Assembly (NCBI GenBank): GCA_046052125.1
Contig: JBJOMY010000001.1
Coordinates: 256,001 to 320,000, forward strand
Length of the DNA stretch: 64,000 nt
Direction: 5' to 3'
From: Cyanobacteriota bacterium
GTDB lineage: Bacteria; Cyanobacteriota; Cyanobacteriia; PCC-6307; Cyanobiaceae
Shown: piece after piece, positions 38,865 to 48,083 of the stretch
Position numbering within the stretch: the stretch's first letter is position 1
Layout: each line of letters opens with the position of its first letter
Translations under genes and position numbers: made by a program
The notes under the pieces: model-generated
Databases searched by the model: none
What the model saw: the letters and a program-made list of their open reading frames with translations, nothing else
Told to the model about the DNA's origin: nothing

Positions 38865-38877
38865 GGCCTAAGACACG

Positions 38878-40878
38878 ATGAAGAAACTGACTGCCGGCGA
38901 TCCCGAGACCATGAGCCCAGACCTGGTCGCGGCGAATCTCGAGCGGCTCAAGGCACAGTTTCCAGAACTGGTCACGGAAGGGCCGAATGGTTCTGCCGTG
39001 AATGTGGATGTCCTGAAGGCGCTGGTCGGCGATAAAACCGTGACGGATGCTGACGAGAAATACGGCCTCAACTGGCATGGAAAACGTCAGGCCCGGCAAC
39101 TGGCGCTCATGCCCTCGACTGGCACATTGCGTCCCTGCCCGGAAGAGAGCGTGGACTGGGACACCACGCAGAACCTGATGATCGAAGGGGACAACCTGGA
39201 GGTGCTCAAGCTCCTGCAGAAGAGCTACGCGGGAAAAGTTAAACTCATATATATTGACCCTCCATACAATACCGGCAATGATTTCGTCTACCCGGACGAC
39301 TATGTTGACTCAATAAAAAACTATCACGAGCTAACAGGCCAAGTCGAGGGCGGAGCAAGAGTATCAACAAATACAGAGGCGTCTGGCCGTTTCCATACTG
39401 AATGGCTAAACATGATGCTACCCAGACTTCAGCTTGCAAGCCAATTGCTGAGCAAAGACGAAGGGGTGCTCATGGTATCTATTGGCGACCACGAAGTTCA
39501 TCACACAAGACTGCTTATTGACACGGTACTTGGCATGGAGAACTTCATTGGAAGCTTTGTATGGCAAGGAGGCAGAAAGAATGATGCCAGGCTAATTTCC
39601 AATAGCCATGACTATATCCTGGTTTACGCAAAAAATCTTGCCGCTATCCGGAGCGCAGACTCTCGCTGGCGAGAGAAGAAAGATGGACTCGATCCCGTCT
39701 ATGAAAAAGTCGCGGAACTGCGCTTGCTACACGGGGAAGACTTTGCAGCCATGCACAGCGAGATGCTTCGATGGTTTCGGGAGCTTCCCGAAGGGCATCC
39801 TTCAAAGCCACACGCTCATTTTAATTATATTGATAGCAGAGGAGTCTTCTTTCCTGATAATCTTCGCAGCCCCAACCCAAGGCCAAATCTTGTTTTCGAC
39901 TGGAAAGGATACCAGCCACACCCGAATGGGTGGGCATACAGCAGAGAGAAGATGGAACGCCTCGATGCAGAAGACAGGCTTGTTTATCCAGCATCTAAAA
40001 CGCAAAGGGTTAAAATTAAGTCCTATCTTCATGAACACGAAGAGTGGGCTCCAGGGTCCGTCTTTTACAAGGACAGAAGAGCTGCTTCAAAAGCCCTGAC
40101 CAGCTTAATGGGGGAAGAAGTATTTAGCTATCCCAAGGACATTGATGTTCTTGCAAGGTTCATCTCCGCAATCACAAAAGATGGCGATATAGTGATGGAC
40201 TTCTTCGCGGGTTCGGGCGCGACGGGGCATGCTGTTATGAAGGCCGAATCGCAACGACCTCTTAAGAGACGCTATATACTTGTCCAGCTCCCTGAGCAGC
40301 TAGAAATCAGTAATAGCGAGCAAGAGAAGGCAGCAAGATTTTGCATTGATATCGGCAAGCCGTGCACCATTGCAGAGCTCACAAAAGAGGGGCTTCGCCG
40401 TGCAGGCCAGTCTGTTCAAGGTTACAACCCGCTGTTGGCAGGCGATCTTGGCTTTCGGGTCTTCAAACTCGATTCCAGCAACATCCGCGCATGGGAGCCA
40501 GATCCTAACAATCTTGACCAGACAGTCCTTGATTACACGAACCATATCAAGGATGGTCGCACCGAGCAGGACATTCTCTACGAACTGCTTCTCAAGCTGG
40601 GACTTGAGTTGTGCGTGCCGATCGAACAAAAAGACATTGCTGGCAAAACCGTGCACAGCATTGGCGGCGGTGTCCTGATGGCCTGCCTTGCGCCTGAGAT
40701 TGCAAGTGAAAATGTGGAGCATCTTGCACAAGGACTGGTGGCCTGGCATCAGGTCCTTGCTCCAGCAGGCGACACCACCTGTGTGTTTCGCGACAGCGCT
40801 TTTGCTGATGATGTGGCCAAAATCAATCTCGCAGCCATTTTGAATCAGCACGGTCTAATGAACGTGCGGAGCTTGTGA
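38878..40878 (+). CDS. mod: Type III restriction-modification methyltransferase (Mod)
   Basis: IEGDNLEVLK, IYIDPPYNTG (motif IV), DFFAGSG (motif I), GFRVFKL. Confidence 0.95.
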   Translation: MKKLTAGDPETMSPDLVAANLERLKAQFPELVTEGPNGSAVNVDVLKALVGDKTVTDADEKYGLNWHGKRQARQLALMPSTGTLRPCPEESVDWDTTQNLMIEGDNLEVLKLLQKSYAGKVKLIYIDPPYNTGNDFVYPDDYVDSIKNYHELTGQVEGGARVSTNTEASGRFHTEWLNMMLPRLQLASQLLSKDEGVLMVSIGDHEVHHTRLLIDTVLGMENFIGSFVWQGGRKNDARLISNSHDYILVYAKNLAAIRSADSRWREKKDGLDPVYEKVAELRLLHGEDFAAMHSEMLRWFRELPEGHPSKPHAHFNYIDSRGVFFPDNLRSPNPRPNLVFDWKGYQPHPNGWAYSREKMERLDAEDRLVYPASKTQRVKIKSYLHEHEEWAPGSVFYKDRRAASKALTSLMGEEVFSYPKDIDVLARFISAITKDGDIVMDFFAGSGATGHAVMKAESQRPLKRRYILVQLPEQLEISNSEQEKAARFCIDIGKPCTIAELTKEGLRRAGQSVQGYNPLLAGDLGFRVFKLDSSNIRAWEPDPNNLDQTVLDYTNHIKDGRTEQDILYELLLKLGLELCVPIEQKDIAGKTVHSIGGGVLMACLAPEIASENVEHLAQGLVAWHQVLAPAGDTTCVFRDSAFADDVAKINLAAILNQHGLMNVRSL

Positions 40879-40885
40879 CATCGCG

Positions 40886-43858
40886 ATGATGAAGCTCCAT
40901 TTCGAACCTGATCTCGACTATCAGCTCACAGCGATCGAATCTGTCTGTGATCTATTTCGTGGTCAGGAGACCTGCCGTACCGAATTTACCGTCACCAAGA
41001 GTGCACTTGGTGGGGCGTTCATACCCGGTCTTGAGAGTGATCTAGGCGTCGGCAACCGCCTGACGCTGCTTGAAGACGAGCTGCTCAAAAACCTCAGCGG
41101 CATCCAACTCCGTCATGGCCTACCACCTTCTGTTGAGCTCACCTCACGCGACTTCACTGTGGAGATGGAGACTGGGACCGGTAAAACCTACGTCTACTTG
41201 CGCACCATCTTCGAGCTGAATAAGCGCTATGGCTTCAACAAGTTTGTCATCGTGGTCCCTTCAGTGGCGATCAAAGAGGGGGTCTATAAATCACTGCAGA
41301 TCACTGAGCAGCACTTCAAGGGCCTCTACGCAGGAGTTCATTGCGACTACTTTCTCTACGACTCAAACAAGCTTGGCCAGGTTCGCAATTTCGCAACCAG
41401 CGCCAGCATCCAAATCATGGTGGTCACCGTTGGGGCTATCAATAAGAGGGACGTCAATAACCTCTACAAGGAGAGCGAAAAGACAGGTGGCGAAAAGCCG
41501 ATTGACTTGATCAAGGCAACAAGACCCATTGTGATTGTTGATGAGCCTCAGAGCGTCGATGGTGGCCTGCAAGGGAGTGGGAAAAGAGCGCTTGAGGCAA
41601 TGAGTCCACTTTGCACATTGCGCTACTCCGCCACCCATGTGGATCGCCATCACATGGTCTATCGCCTAGATGCGGTCGATGCCTATGAGAAGCGACTTGT
41701 CAAGCAAATCGAAGTGGCCTCAGCCACCGTAGAAGATGCTCACAACAAGCCCTATGTGCGGCTCTTGTCGGTGAAGAACCAGCGAGGAATGATTAGCGCT
41801 CAGGTTGAGCTTGATTTGCAGACAGCCACGGGTGGTGTTCGACGTCAGACAGTCACCGTGCAAGATGGTGACGATCTCGCGCAGACCACTGGTCGCACTA
41901 TCTATGCCAACTGCCGAATCGGAGAGATACGAGTCGCCAAAGGCGGTGAATATTTAGAACTACGCGTTCCCGGCGCGGACCAATATCTGCAGATCGGACA
42001 AGCCTGGGGCGATGTTGACTTGCTAGCTGTTCAACGTGAGATGATTCGCCGCACGATCCGTGAGCATCTCGACAAGGAAAAGCGGCTGCGTCCACAGGGC
42101 ATCAAAGTTCTCTCTCTCTTCTTCATTGATGAGGTGGCGAAATACCGCTCCTATGACAGTGAGGGTAATGCCGTTAAAGGCGACTACGCGCGCATCTTTG
42201 AAGAGGAGTATCGGCGTGCAGCGGCACTGCCTGACTACCACACACTGTTTCAAGAAGTTGATCTTTCGCATGCAGCCGAAGATGTCCACAACGGCTACTT
42301 CTCGATTGACAGGGCTGGGGGCTGGACAAATACCGCCGAAAACAATCAGACGAACCGTGACAACGCAGAACGCGCCTACAACCTGATCATGAAGGAGAAG
42401 GAGAAGTTGTTGTCATTGCAAACTCCTTTGAAATTCATTTTCTCGCACTCAGCCTTGAAAGAAGGCTGGGACAGTCCCAATGTGTTCCAAATCTGTACCC
42501 TGCGCGATATTTCAACTGAACGTGAGCGTCGACAAACCATTGGCCGTGGTCTCCGCCTGTGTGTAAACCAGCAAGGCGAGCGCCGCCGCGGTTTTGACGT
42601 CAATACCTTGACCGTCATTGCGATGGAGAGCTACGAGCAATTTGCTGAACGCTTGCAGAAGGAAATTGAAGAAGACACTGGCATTCGCTTTGGTGTCGTG
42701 GAATCTCATGAGTTCGCAAGCATCGCGGTCGTCAGTTCTGACGGCAGCATTGCTCCGCTGGGGGTTGAACAGTCCAGAGTTTTGTGGGATCACTTCAAGG
42801 CAGAAGGCCATCTGGATAACCGCGGCAAAGTTCAGGATTCGCTCAGGGATGCCCTGAAGAGCGGCTCACTCACCGTGCCTCAGCCATTCGAGGCGCAGCG
42901 TGACCAAATCACGGCCGTTCTCAAAAAGCTGGCAGGACGTCTTGAGATCAAGAATGCCGATGAGCGCCGTCAGGTGCGTACCCGACAGGCGGTGCTGCAC
43001 AGCCCTGAGTTCAAGGCGTTATGGGATCGCATCAAGCACAAGACCACCTACAGGGTGGAATTTGACAACGAACGGCTGATTGAGACCTGTATCCGTGCTG
43101 TGCAGGCAGCGCCGCCGATTCCGAAAACCCGCCTGCAATGGCGCAAGGCTGACCTCGCCATCGGACAGGCGGGTGTCGAGGCTATAGAGCGTGAGGGAGC
43201 AGCCACAGTGGTGCTTGACGAAAGAGACATCCAGCTTCCCGATCTACTCACAGATCTCCAGGACCGCACACAGCTCACCAGACGCAGCCTGCAGCGCATT
43301 CTGAGCGGCAGCCTGCGGCTCGATGATTTCAAGAGCAATCCGCAAGCCTTCATTGTGCTCACCGCCGAGGCGATCAATCGGTGCAAACGCCTTGTTGTAG
43401 TAGATGGGATTAAATATCAGCGCCTTGGCGATGAACACTATTACGCTCAGGAACTCTTCGAGAAAGAGGAGTTGACAGGCTATCTAAGAAATCTTCTGGA
43501 TACCACCAAGGCTGTCTATGAGCAGGTGGTTTACGACTCGGAGATTGAACGAAGCTTTGGAGACCAGCTCGAGAAGAACAGTGCGGTCAAGGTCTATGCG
43601 AAATTGCCAGACTGGTTCACTGTGCCGACACCGTTAGGCGGCTACAACCCAGATTGGGCCGTCCTCATTGAGAAGGACGGAACTGAGAGGCTCTATTTCG
43701 TGGTGGAAACAAAAAGCAGTCTTTTTACAGATGACCTGCGAGACAAGGAGCGAGCAAAGATTGAATGCGGCAAGGCTCACTTCAATGCTCTGAGACAGGG
43801 CGAAACATCCGCCACTTACTTGGTCGCGAGAACTCTTGAAGAAGTCCTTGGGGATTAG
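40886..43858 (+). CDS. res: Type III restriction endonuclease (Res)
   Basis: EMETGTGKT, IVDEPQ, RYSAT, EGWD, QTIGRGLR; C-terminal YNPDW..VVETK. Confidence 0.95.
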   Translation: MMKLHFEPDLDYQLTAIESVCDLFRGQETCRTEFTVTKSALGGAFIPGLESDLGVGNRLTLLEDELLKNLSGIQLRHGLPPSVELTSRDFTVEMETGTGKTYVYLRTIFELNKRYGFNKFVIVVPSVAIKEGVYKSLQITEQHFKGLYAGVHCDYFLYDSNKLGQVRNFATSASIQIMVVTVGAINKRDVNNLYKESEKTGGEKPIDLIKATRPIVIVDEPQSVDGGLQGSGKRALEAMSPLCTLRYSATHVDRHHMVYRLDAVDAYEKRLVKQIEVASATVEDAHNKPYVRLLSVKNQRGMISAQVELDLQTATGGVRRQTVTVQDGDDLAQTTGRTIYANCRIGEIRVAKGGEYLELRVPGADQYLQIGQAWGDVDLLAVQREMIRRTIREHLDKEKRLRPQGIKVLSLFFIDEVAKYRSYDSEGNAVKGDYARIFEEEYRRAAALPDYHTLFQEVDLSHAAEDVHNGYFSIDRAGGWTNTAENNQTNRDNAERAYNLIMKEKEKLLSLQTPLKFIFSHSALKEGWDSPNVFQICTLRDISTERERRQTIGRGLRLCVNQQGERRRGFDVNTLTVIAMESYEQFAERLQKEIEEDTGIRFGVVESHEFASIAVVSSDGSIAPLGVEQSRVLWDHFKAEGHLDNRGKVQDSLRDALKSGSLTVPQPFEAQRDQITAVLKKLAGRLEIKNADERRQVRTRQAVLHSPEFKALWDRIKHKTTYRVEFDNERLIETCIRAVQAAPPIPKTRLQWRKADLAIGQAGVEAIEREGAATVVLDERDIQLPDLLTDLQDRTQLTRRSLQRILSGSLRLDDFKSNPQAFIVLTAEAINRCKRLVVVDGIKYQRLGDEHYYAQELFEKEELTGYLRNLLDTTKAVYEQVVYDSEIERSFGDQLEKNSAVKVYAKLPDWFTVPTPLGGYNPDWAVLIEKDGTERLYFVVETKSSLFTDDLRDKERAKIECGKAHFNALRQGETSATYLVARTLEEVLGD

Positions 43859-44065
43859 CGCTTCTGGCCCTGGAGAGAAGGCTTGGCTTTATCCAAAGCA
43901 TTATACATCCCCTGCACTGGAGTCTTTTCAGTATGGTTCTTGAGCGCCACGGGGTTGAATCTCTACCTCATTCAGCACTCAGACATCTCAACCTCTGACA
44001 CCCAAATCAAAAACAAAGCAAAGAAAAAGCCCGTTTGTTCGACGACTAAATAGCGCGACCCCCGC

Positions 44066-44356
44066 TCAGCGCTCCTGCAGAACCACCCCAGACCTGAGCA
44101 CGGAGACACGATCCACCGCTAGGTCCTCCGCCGCTGGGTGACTGCGCCGGAGTTCCTGCAGCAGGAGCGACTCAAGCTGCTCTCCTTCCAGCCAGGCGGG
44201 GACCCATTGGGTTCGGCTCATGGACAGCCAAGCCGGCCACCGCTCGGTCACGGTGTCACCGGCGGTGGTTCCCGCCACCCAGACCGTGGCGGTCTCGCCC
44301 TGCTGCAGAACGCGGTAGTGCACCCTCAGCTTGTTGTGGGGAAGGGCTGAGTTCAT
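44066..44356 (-). CDS. Hypothetical protein
   Basis: ATG overlaps the stop of the Nif11-like gene. Confidence 0.6.
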   Translation of the reverse strand: MNSALPHNKLRVHYRVLQQGETATVWVAGTTAGDTVTERWPAWLSMSRTQWVPAWLEGEQLESLLLQELRRSHPAAEDLAVDRVSVLRSGVVLQER

Positions 44357-44550
44357 CCCTGGGCCGCCTGCTCCTGTTCCCGCTGCTCCTCCTGCCACGC
44401 ACGCTGCAGATCGATCCGCGTGATCCGGTAACCGAGGCGCCGTGCCGCAAGGATCAGCTCCTTACGGGAGCGGCAGTGCTTGAGCGCCCGTTGGAGGGCG
44501 CTATCGGCCTCCACGTCGTCCACAAAACGCTCCAGCTCGGACCAGCTCAT
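44353..44550 (-). CDS. Nif11-like leader-peptide domain protein (65 aa)
   Basis: MSWSELERFVDDVEADSALQ..LILAARRLGYRITRIDL pattern. Confidence 0.8.
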   Translation of the reverse strand: MSWSELERFVDDVEADSALQRALKHCRSRKELILAARRLGYRITRIDLQRAWQEEQREQEQAAQG

Positions 44551-44714
44551 CGGAGGGAAAGCCCTGGATCTCTCACCATGCCAAGGGTGTCTGAGCTGCG
44601 CCAGGTTCCGTGGATCACACTCCTCCAGACCCCGCGTCAGCACTGAGGAAACCGGCCGGAACACCGGCCGGCGGGAGGTTCAAAAGATCGAGCCGTGGTC
44701 CCTTTGTTCCCGGC

Positions 44715-45158
44715 TCAGTCCGCAGAGCTTGAACCATCCCAATTGGAGCTGTGCTTGATCACAGCGGTGCAGAAATTCAACAACTCCCGGGGGGTCATGT
44801 CGTGCTTGGCGTCATTGGTGCGCCAAGCGCAGATCACGAAGTCCGGTTCCGGTTGGTTGGTGCGGTGATCAATGGTGGGGAGCATCGCGTAGCGCTTCTT
44901 GTGCTCGCCTTTGCCCTCGGCGGCTTCACGATTGTCGTAAGTGCCGATCAGCTCCCACTCGAGCCACTCGCCGGTCCAGTGGTCGAACCCCTGGGAAGCC
45001 AGCACCGCTTCATGGATCGCCAGCCGGTACTGCTGCACATTGCCAACGCCGCCACGTTTCTGATCTCGCTTGGACAACGTCACCGCCTTGCGCTGCACCC
45101 AGCCGGGGTAGGTGGCTTTGGAGACGTCCGGCATCCAGTCAGGGGCGGGGGTGTTCAT
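44715..45158 (-). CDS. Hypothetical protein with HNH-like motif
   Basis: PTIDHR..FVICAWRTNDAKHDM. Confidence 0.6.
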   Translation of the reverse strand: MNTPAPDWMPDVSKATYPGWVQRKAVTLSKRDQKRGGVGNVQQYRLAIHEAVLASQGFDHWTGEWLEWELIGTYDNREAAEGKGEHKKRYAMLPTIDHRTNQPEPDFVICAWRTNDAKHDMTPRELLNFCTAVIKHSSNWDGSSSAD

Positions 45159-45200
45159 CGAGATGGGGTGCTCCGGAAGAAAGATCGTTTCACTGCGTGC

Positions 45201-45914
45201 TCAAGCCAGCCCCAACCCCTCAATCCCCTGCCAACCCAGATAGAGCCCGAGAGCAACGCCCACCAGACCTACCAGCAGATCGCCTTTGGCGAACAACCAC
45301 TGCTTCCCGCGCTCCAGGATCGCCAGCACGCGCTCAGGGCCGGCCAACACCAGAGCCAGCAGTGGGATTAGCAACAGGCTTGCGCTCACCAGGCTGAACA
45401 CGCCTGTGGCCAGGAGTTCGCTGGCAGTGCCAAGGCCTGACGCCAGCAACGTGCCGGCCGTCTTGGTGAACAAAAACAGCGCGTCGGGTCGCACCACCTC
45501 CAGGGCCGCACTGATCGCGAGGAGCAGCGGAAGCGGCATGGCGCAGAACTGATCGAGCTTGCGGGTCCAACCCGGTGGCTCTGCGCTGCCATCCCCTTTG
45601 TTGAGAAGTTCCTTCAGGCCCAGCCCCAACAGCACGCCGGCGGCCACCAGATCCAGGCCGGTGCGGTGGCTGCTGCCCTTGTCCATGCTCAGAAACAGCC
45701 CATGGCCCACGGTGGTGAGCAGCGTCACCGCAACAGCGGCGGTGATCAGCCAACCGGCCACAAACCAACCCCCGCGGTGCAGAGGCTTCGGCCCGAGCAG
45801 GATCAGCAGCAGCAGGCCGATGTGCAGCGGCGAGAGCCCAATCGCCAACCCAAAGGCGGCCAGCTCACCAAGCAGGGAACCAAGGCCCTGGCTTGCGGCC
45901 ACGGGATCAGCCAT
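45201..45914 (-). CDS. GAP/Sap-like (LysE superfamily) membrane protein
   Basis: GLAIGLSP N-terminal motif, about 6 TMs. Confidence 0.75.
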   Translation of the reverse strand: MADPVAASQGLGSLLGELAAFGLAIGLSPLHIGLLLLILLGPKPLHRGGWFVAGWLITAAVAVTLLTTVGHGLFLSMDKGSSHRTGLDLVAAGVLLGLGLKELLNKGDGSAEPPGWTRKLDQFCAMPLPLLLAISAALEVVRPDALFLFTKTAGTLLASGLGTASELLATGVFSLVSASLLLIPLLALVLAGPERVLAILERGKQWLFAKGDLLVGLVGVALGLYLGWQGIEGLGLA

Positions 45915-46018
45915 GGGAAGGATCAGTGATGCAGTGGATCTTCCCCCCATGGACCGGAATCGGGAAGGTGTAGCGCTTGCGCATCAGCCCGATTCGAAGC
46001 TGCTGGACAATGCCATCC

Positions 46019-46510
46019 ATGGCACAAACCTCTCCCCGTCAACCCCAGCTCTTGCGCCTGCTCCACGGCGCGATGGTGGTGTTGGTGCCTTTGGCCTGGC
46101 TGAGTGGTGCAGTGGTGTTCTCCAATCACGACGGGCGCTGGCTGCGCCTACCCGTGCAGGTGCCTGGCAACTGGATCGACATCCACGGAACGATCGGCGT
46201 GCTGCTCTGGCCGCTGGCCGCCCTGTTTTTGATCTATGCCCTGAGCGTGGGGCGCTTCCGCTTGCGCCAGGGCGCCAATGCCGCCGCCCTGATCGCTCTG
46301 GTGCTGGCGGTGGGCAGCGGCAAGTTCATGCAGGAAGACTGGCTGCGCAACGGCGATCTGAATCACGTCGTGTATCACCTGCACGTGCTGGCCTGGCTGT
46401 TGATCGCAGGAGCCGTGGCCTGGCACATCGCGGGTGTGTTCTCCCGTGGTGGCGTGCCGTTGGCGAGCTCGATGTTTCGGCTCAACACGGTCAAAGGCTC
46501 GTCGAAGTGA
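46019..46510 (+). CDS. Cytochrome b561/Ni-hydrogenase cytochrome b-like membrane protein
   Basis: Four TMs with His residues (RLLHG, DIHG, YHLH, AWHI). Confidence 0.75.
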   Translation: MAQTSPRQPQLLRLLHGAMVVLVPLAWLSGAVVFSNHDGRWLRLPVQVPGNWIDIHGTIGVLLWPLAALFLIYALSVGRFRLRQGANAAALIALVLAVGSGKFMQEDWLRNGDLNHVVYHLHVLAWLLIAGAVAWHIAGVFSRGGVPLASSMFRLNTVKGSSK

Positions 46511-46521
46511 GCTGATAGGCG

Positions 46522-46908
46522 ATGCGCAACCTCACTTGGGACGAGTTTGAGCTGGCGGTGAACCGCATCGCGGAGCACTGCCGTGATGGCCAATTCAGCG
46601 GGGTGTACGGCATTCCCCGAGGCGGCCTGGTGCTCGCAGTGACGCTCAGCCATCGGCTGAATCTGCCCCTCCTGCCCAGCGCCCAACCCGGTTGCCTGCT
46701 GGTGGACGACGTGTACGAAACCGGGCTCACCCTCGAGCGCTATCGACAGCTCGAGCACTGCACGGCGATGGTGTGGGTGAGCAAGGCCGAGCCGCAGTGG
46801 TGGCAGGCGGTGGAGGTGGTGCAATCCAGCGAATGGATCGTGTTTCCGTGGGAAAGCGCCGCTGCCGCCGCCGCGGATGAACAGGCCTATCGAGCCTCCC
46901 GGCCATGA
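46522..46908 (+). CDS. Minimal type I phosphoribosyltransferase (Gpt-like)
   Basis: LTWDEF, GIPRGGL, LLVDDVYETGLTL, WIVFPWE. Confidence 0.88.
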   Translation: MRNLTWDEFELAVNRIAEHCRDGQFSGVYGIPRGGLVLAVTLSHRLNLPLLPSAQPGCLLVDDVYETGLTLERYRQLEHCTAMVWVSKAEPQWWQAVEVVQSSEWIVFPWESAAAAAADEQAYRASRP

Positions 46909-47384
46909 CGCGTCCCACCCTTTATCTGGCCTCCCCCTACGGCTTCTCTCCCCACTGGCGTGAGCGGCTGCTTCCCGATTTCGTTCAAGCCCTCGAGGCT
47001 CTCGGGCTGGAGGTGTGGGAGCCGTTCACACGCAACGGCCAGGTGGATCTGGCAGAACCAGGCTGGGCCTGGCGGGTGGCCCAGGCCGACCTGCAGGACA
47101 TGCGTGATGCCGATGCGCTGCTCGCCATCGTGAACGGAACGCCTCCTGATGAGGGCGTGATGCTCGAACTGGGCGCGGCGATCGCGCTCGGCAAACCCGT
47201 GTTTCTCTACCGCGACGACTTCCGCCGTTGCAGTGATTCTGAGGACTATCCCCTCAACTTGATGGTGTTCAGCGGCCTGCCGCAACAGGGCTGGCAGGAG
47301 TGGCTTTACGGCTCGATCCACGAGCTCAGTGATCCCGGCAAGGCCCTGGTGCGCTGGATCCAGGGCACCGCAGAGCAGCAGTGA
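46905..47384 (+). CDS. Nucleoside 2-deoxyribosyltransferase / nucleotide N-hydrolase family
   Basis: LYLASPYGFS, PDEGVMLELGAA, LNLM. Confidence 0.88.
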   Translation: MTRPTLYLASPYGFSPHWRERLLPDFVQALEALGLEVWEPFTRNGQVDLAEPGWAWRVAQADLQDMRDADALLAIVNGTPPDEGVMLELGAAIALGKPVFLYRDDFRRCSDSEDYPLNLMVFSGLPQQGWQEWLYGSIHELSDPGKALVRWIQGTAEQQ

Positions 47385-47393
47385 AGGCCTGCC

Positions 47394-48083
47394 ATGGCTG
47401 AAGCGGCTGTGCGCGTAAAAATCTGCGGCGTGCGCCGCCCGGAGGATGCCCGCCTAGCGGCCCACCTTGGCGCCGATGCGGTTGGCGTGCTGGTGGGCCA
47501 GAGCCATCCCAGCGGCGACTTCATCGAACCGTCCACCGCATCCGCAATCCTGCGGGAGCTGCCAAAGCAGGTGACCGGAATGCTGGTGAGCCACCTCGAG
47601 GATCCAGCCGCCCTGTTGGAGCTGATCGATCTACTCCACCCAGGGGCCCTGCAACTGCACAGCGCCATTCATCCAGAGGCCGTTCGACAGATCCGCCAGG
47701 CCAGACCGGATCTGCTGCTCACCAAGGCCGTGCACGGCAACGCCGGCAATCCGCTGGAGACGATCCGGCAGTACGGCCAGCTGGTGGATGGCTTCGTGGC
47801 CGACAGCTGCAATCCCGCCACGGGCCAGGTAGGCGGCACAGGCCTCACCCACGATTGGGCCATCAGCGCCGATCTCGTGCGGCAAGCCCCCGTGCCGCTC
47901 TGGCTAGCGGGGGGCCTGACACCACACAACGTGGCGGTGGCAATCGCGCAGGTGCAGCCCTGGGGCGTGGATGTGAACAGCGGCGTGAAGGGCCCCGATG
48001 GCTTCAAGTGCCCGCAGCTGCTGCAGGCATTCATCCAAGCCGCCAAGGGGAACGCCAGTTCAAGCCCCCGCTCGCCAGGATGA
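47394..48083 (+). CDS. Phosphoribosylanthranilate isomerase-like (TrpF family)
   Basis: VKICG, LQLH, VADS, GGTG..DW, LAGGL, VDVNSGV. Confidence 0.88.
   Translation: MAEAAVRVKICGVRRPEDARLAAHLGADAVGVLVGQSHPSGDFIEPSTASAILRELPKQVTGMLVSHLEDPAALLELIDLLHPGALQLHSAIHPEAVRQIRQARPDLLLTKAVHGNAGNPLETIRQYGQLVDGFVADSCNPATGQVGGTGLTHDWAISADLVRQAPVPLWLAGGLTPHNVAVAIAQVQPWGVDVNSGVKGPDGFKCPQLLQAFIQAAKGNASSSPRSPG

Noticed and set aside
38878..40878. Phase-variable mod (phasevarion)
   Set aside because: No simple sequence repeat tract seen in or upstream of the gene.
44353..44550. Prochlorosin-type lanthipeptide precursor
   Set aside because: No Gly-Gly cleavage site, no Cys-rich core, no LanM in the window.
44652..44671. 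Hairpin CCGGCCGG-AACA-CCGGCCGG as an sRNA or terminator
   Set aside because: Single instance, only a short T-run, no other sRNA hallmarks.
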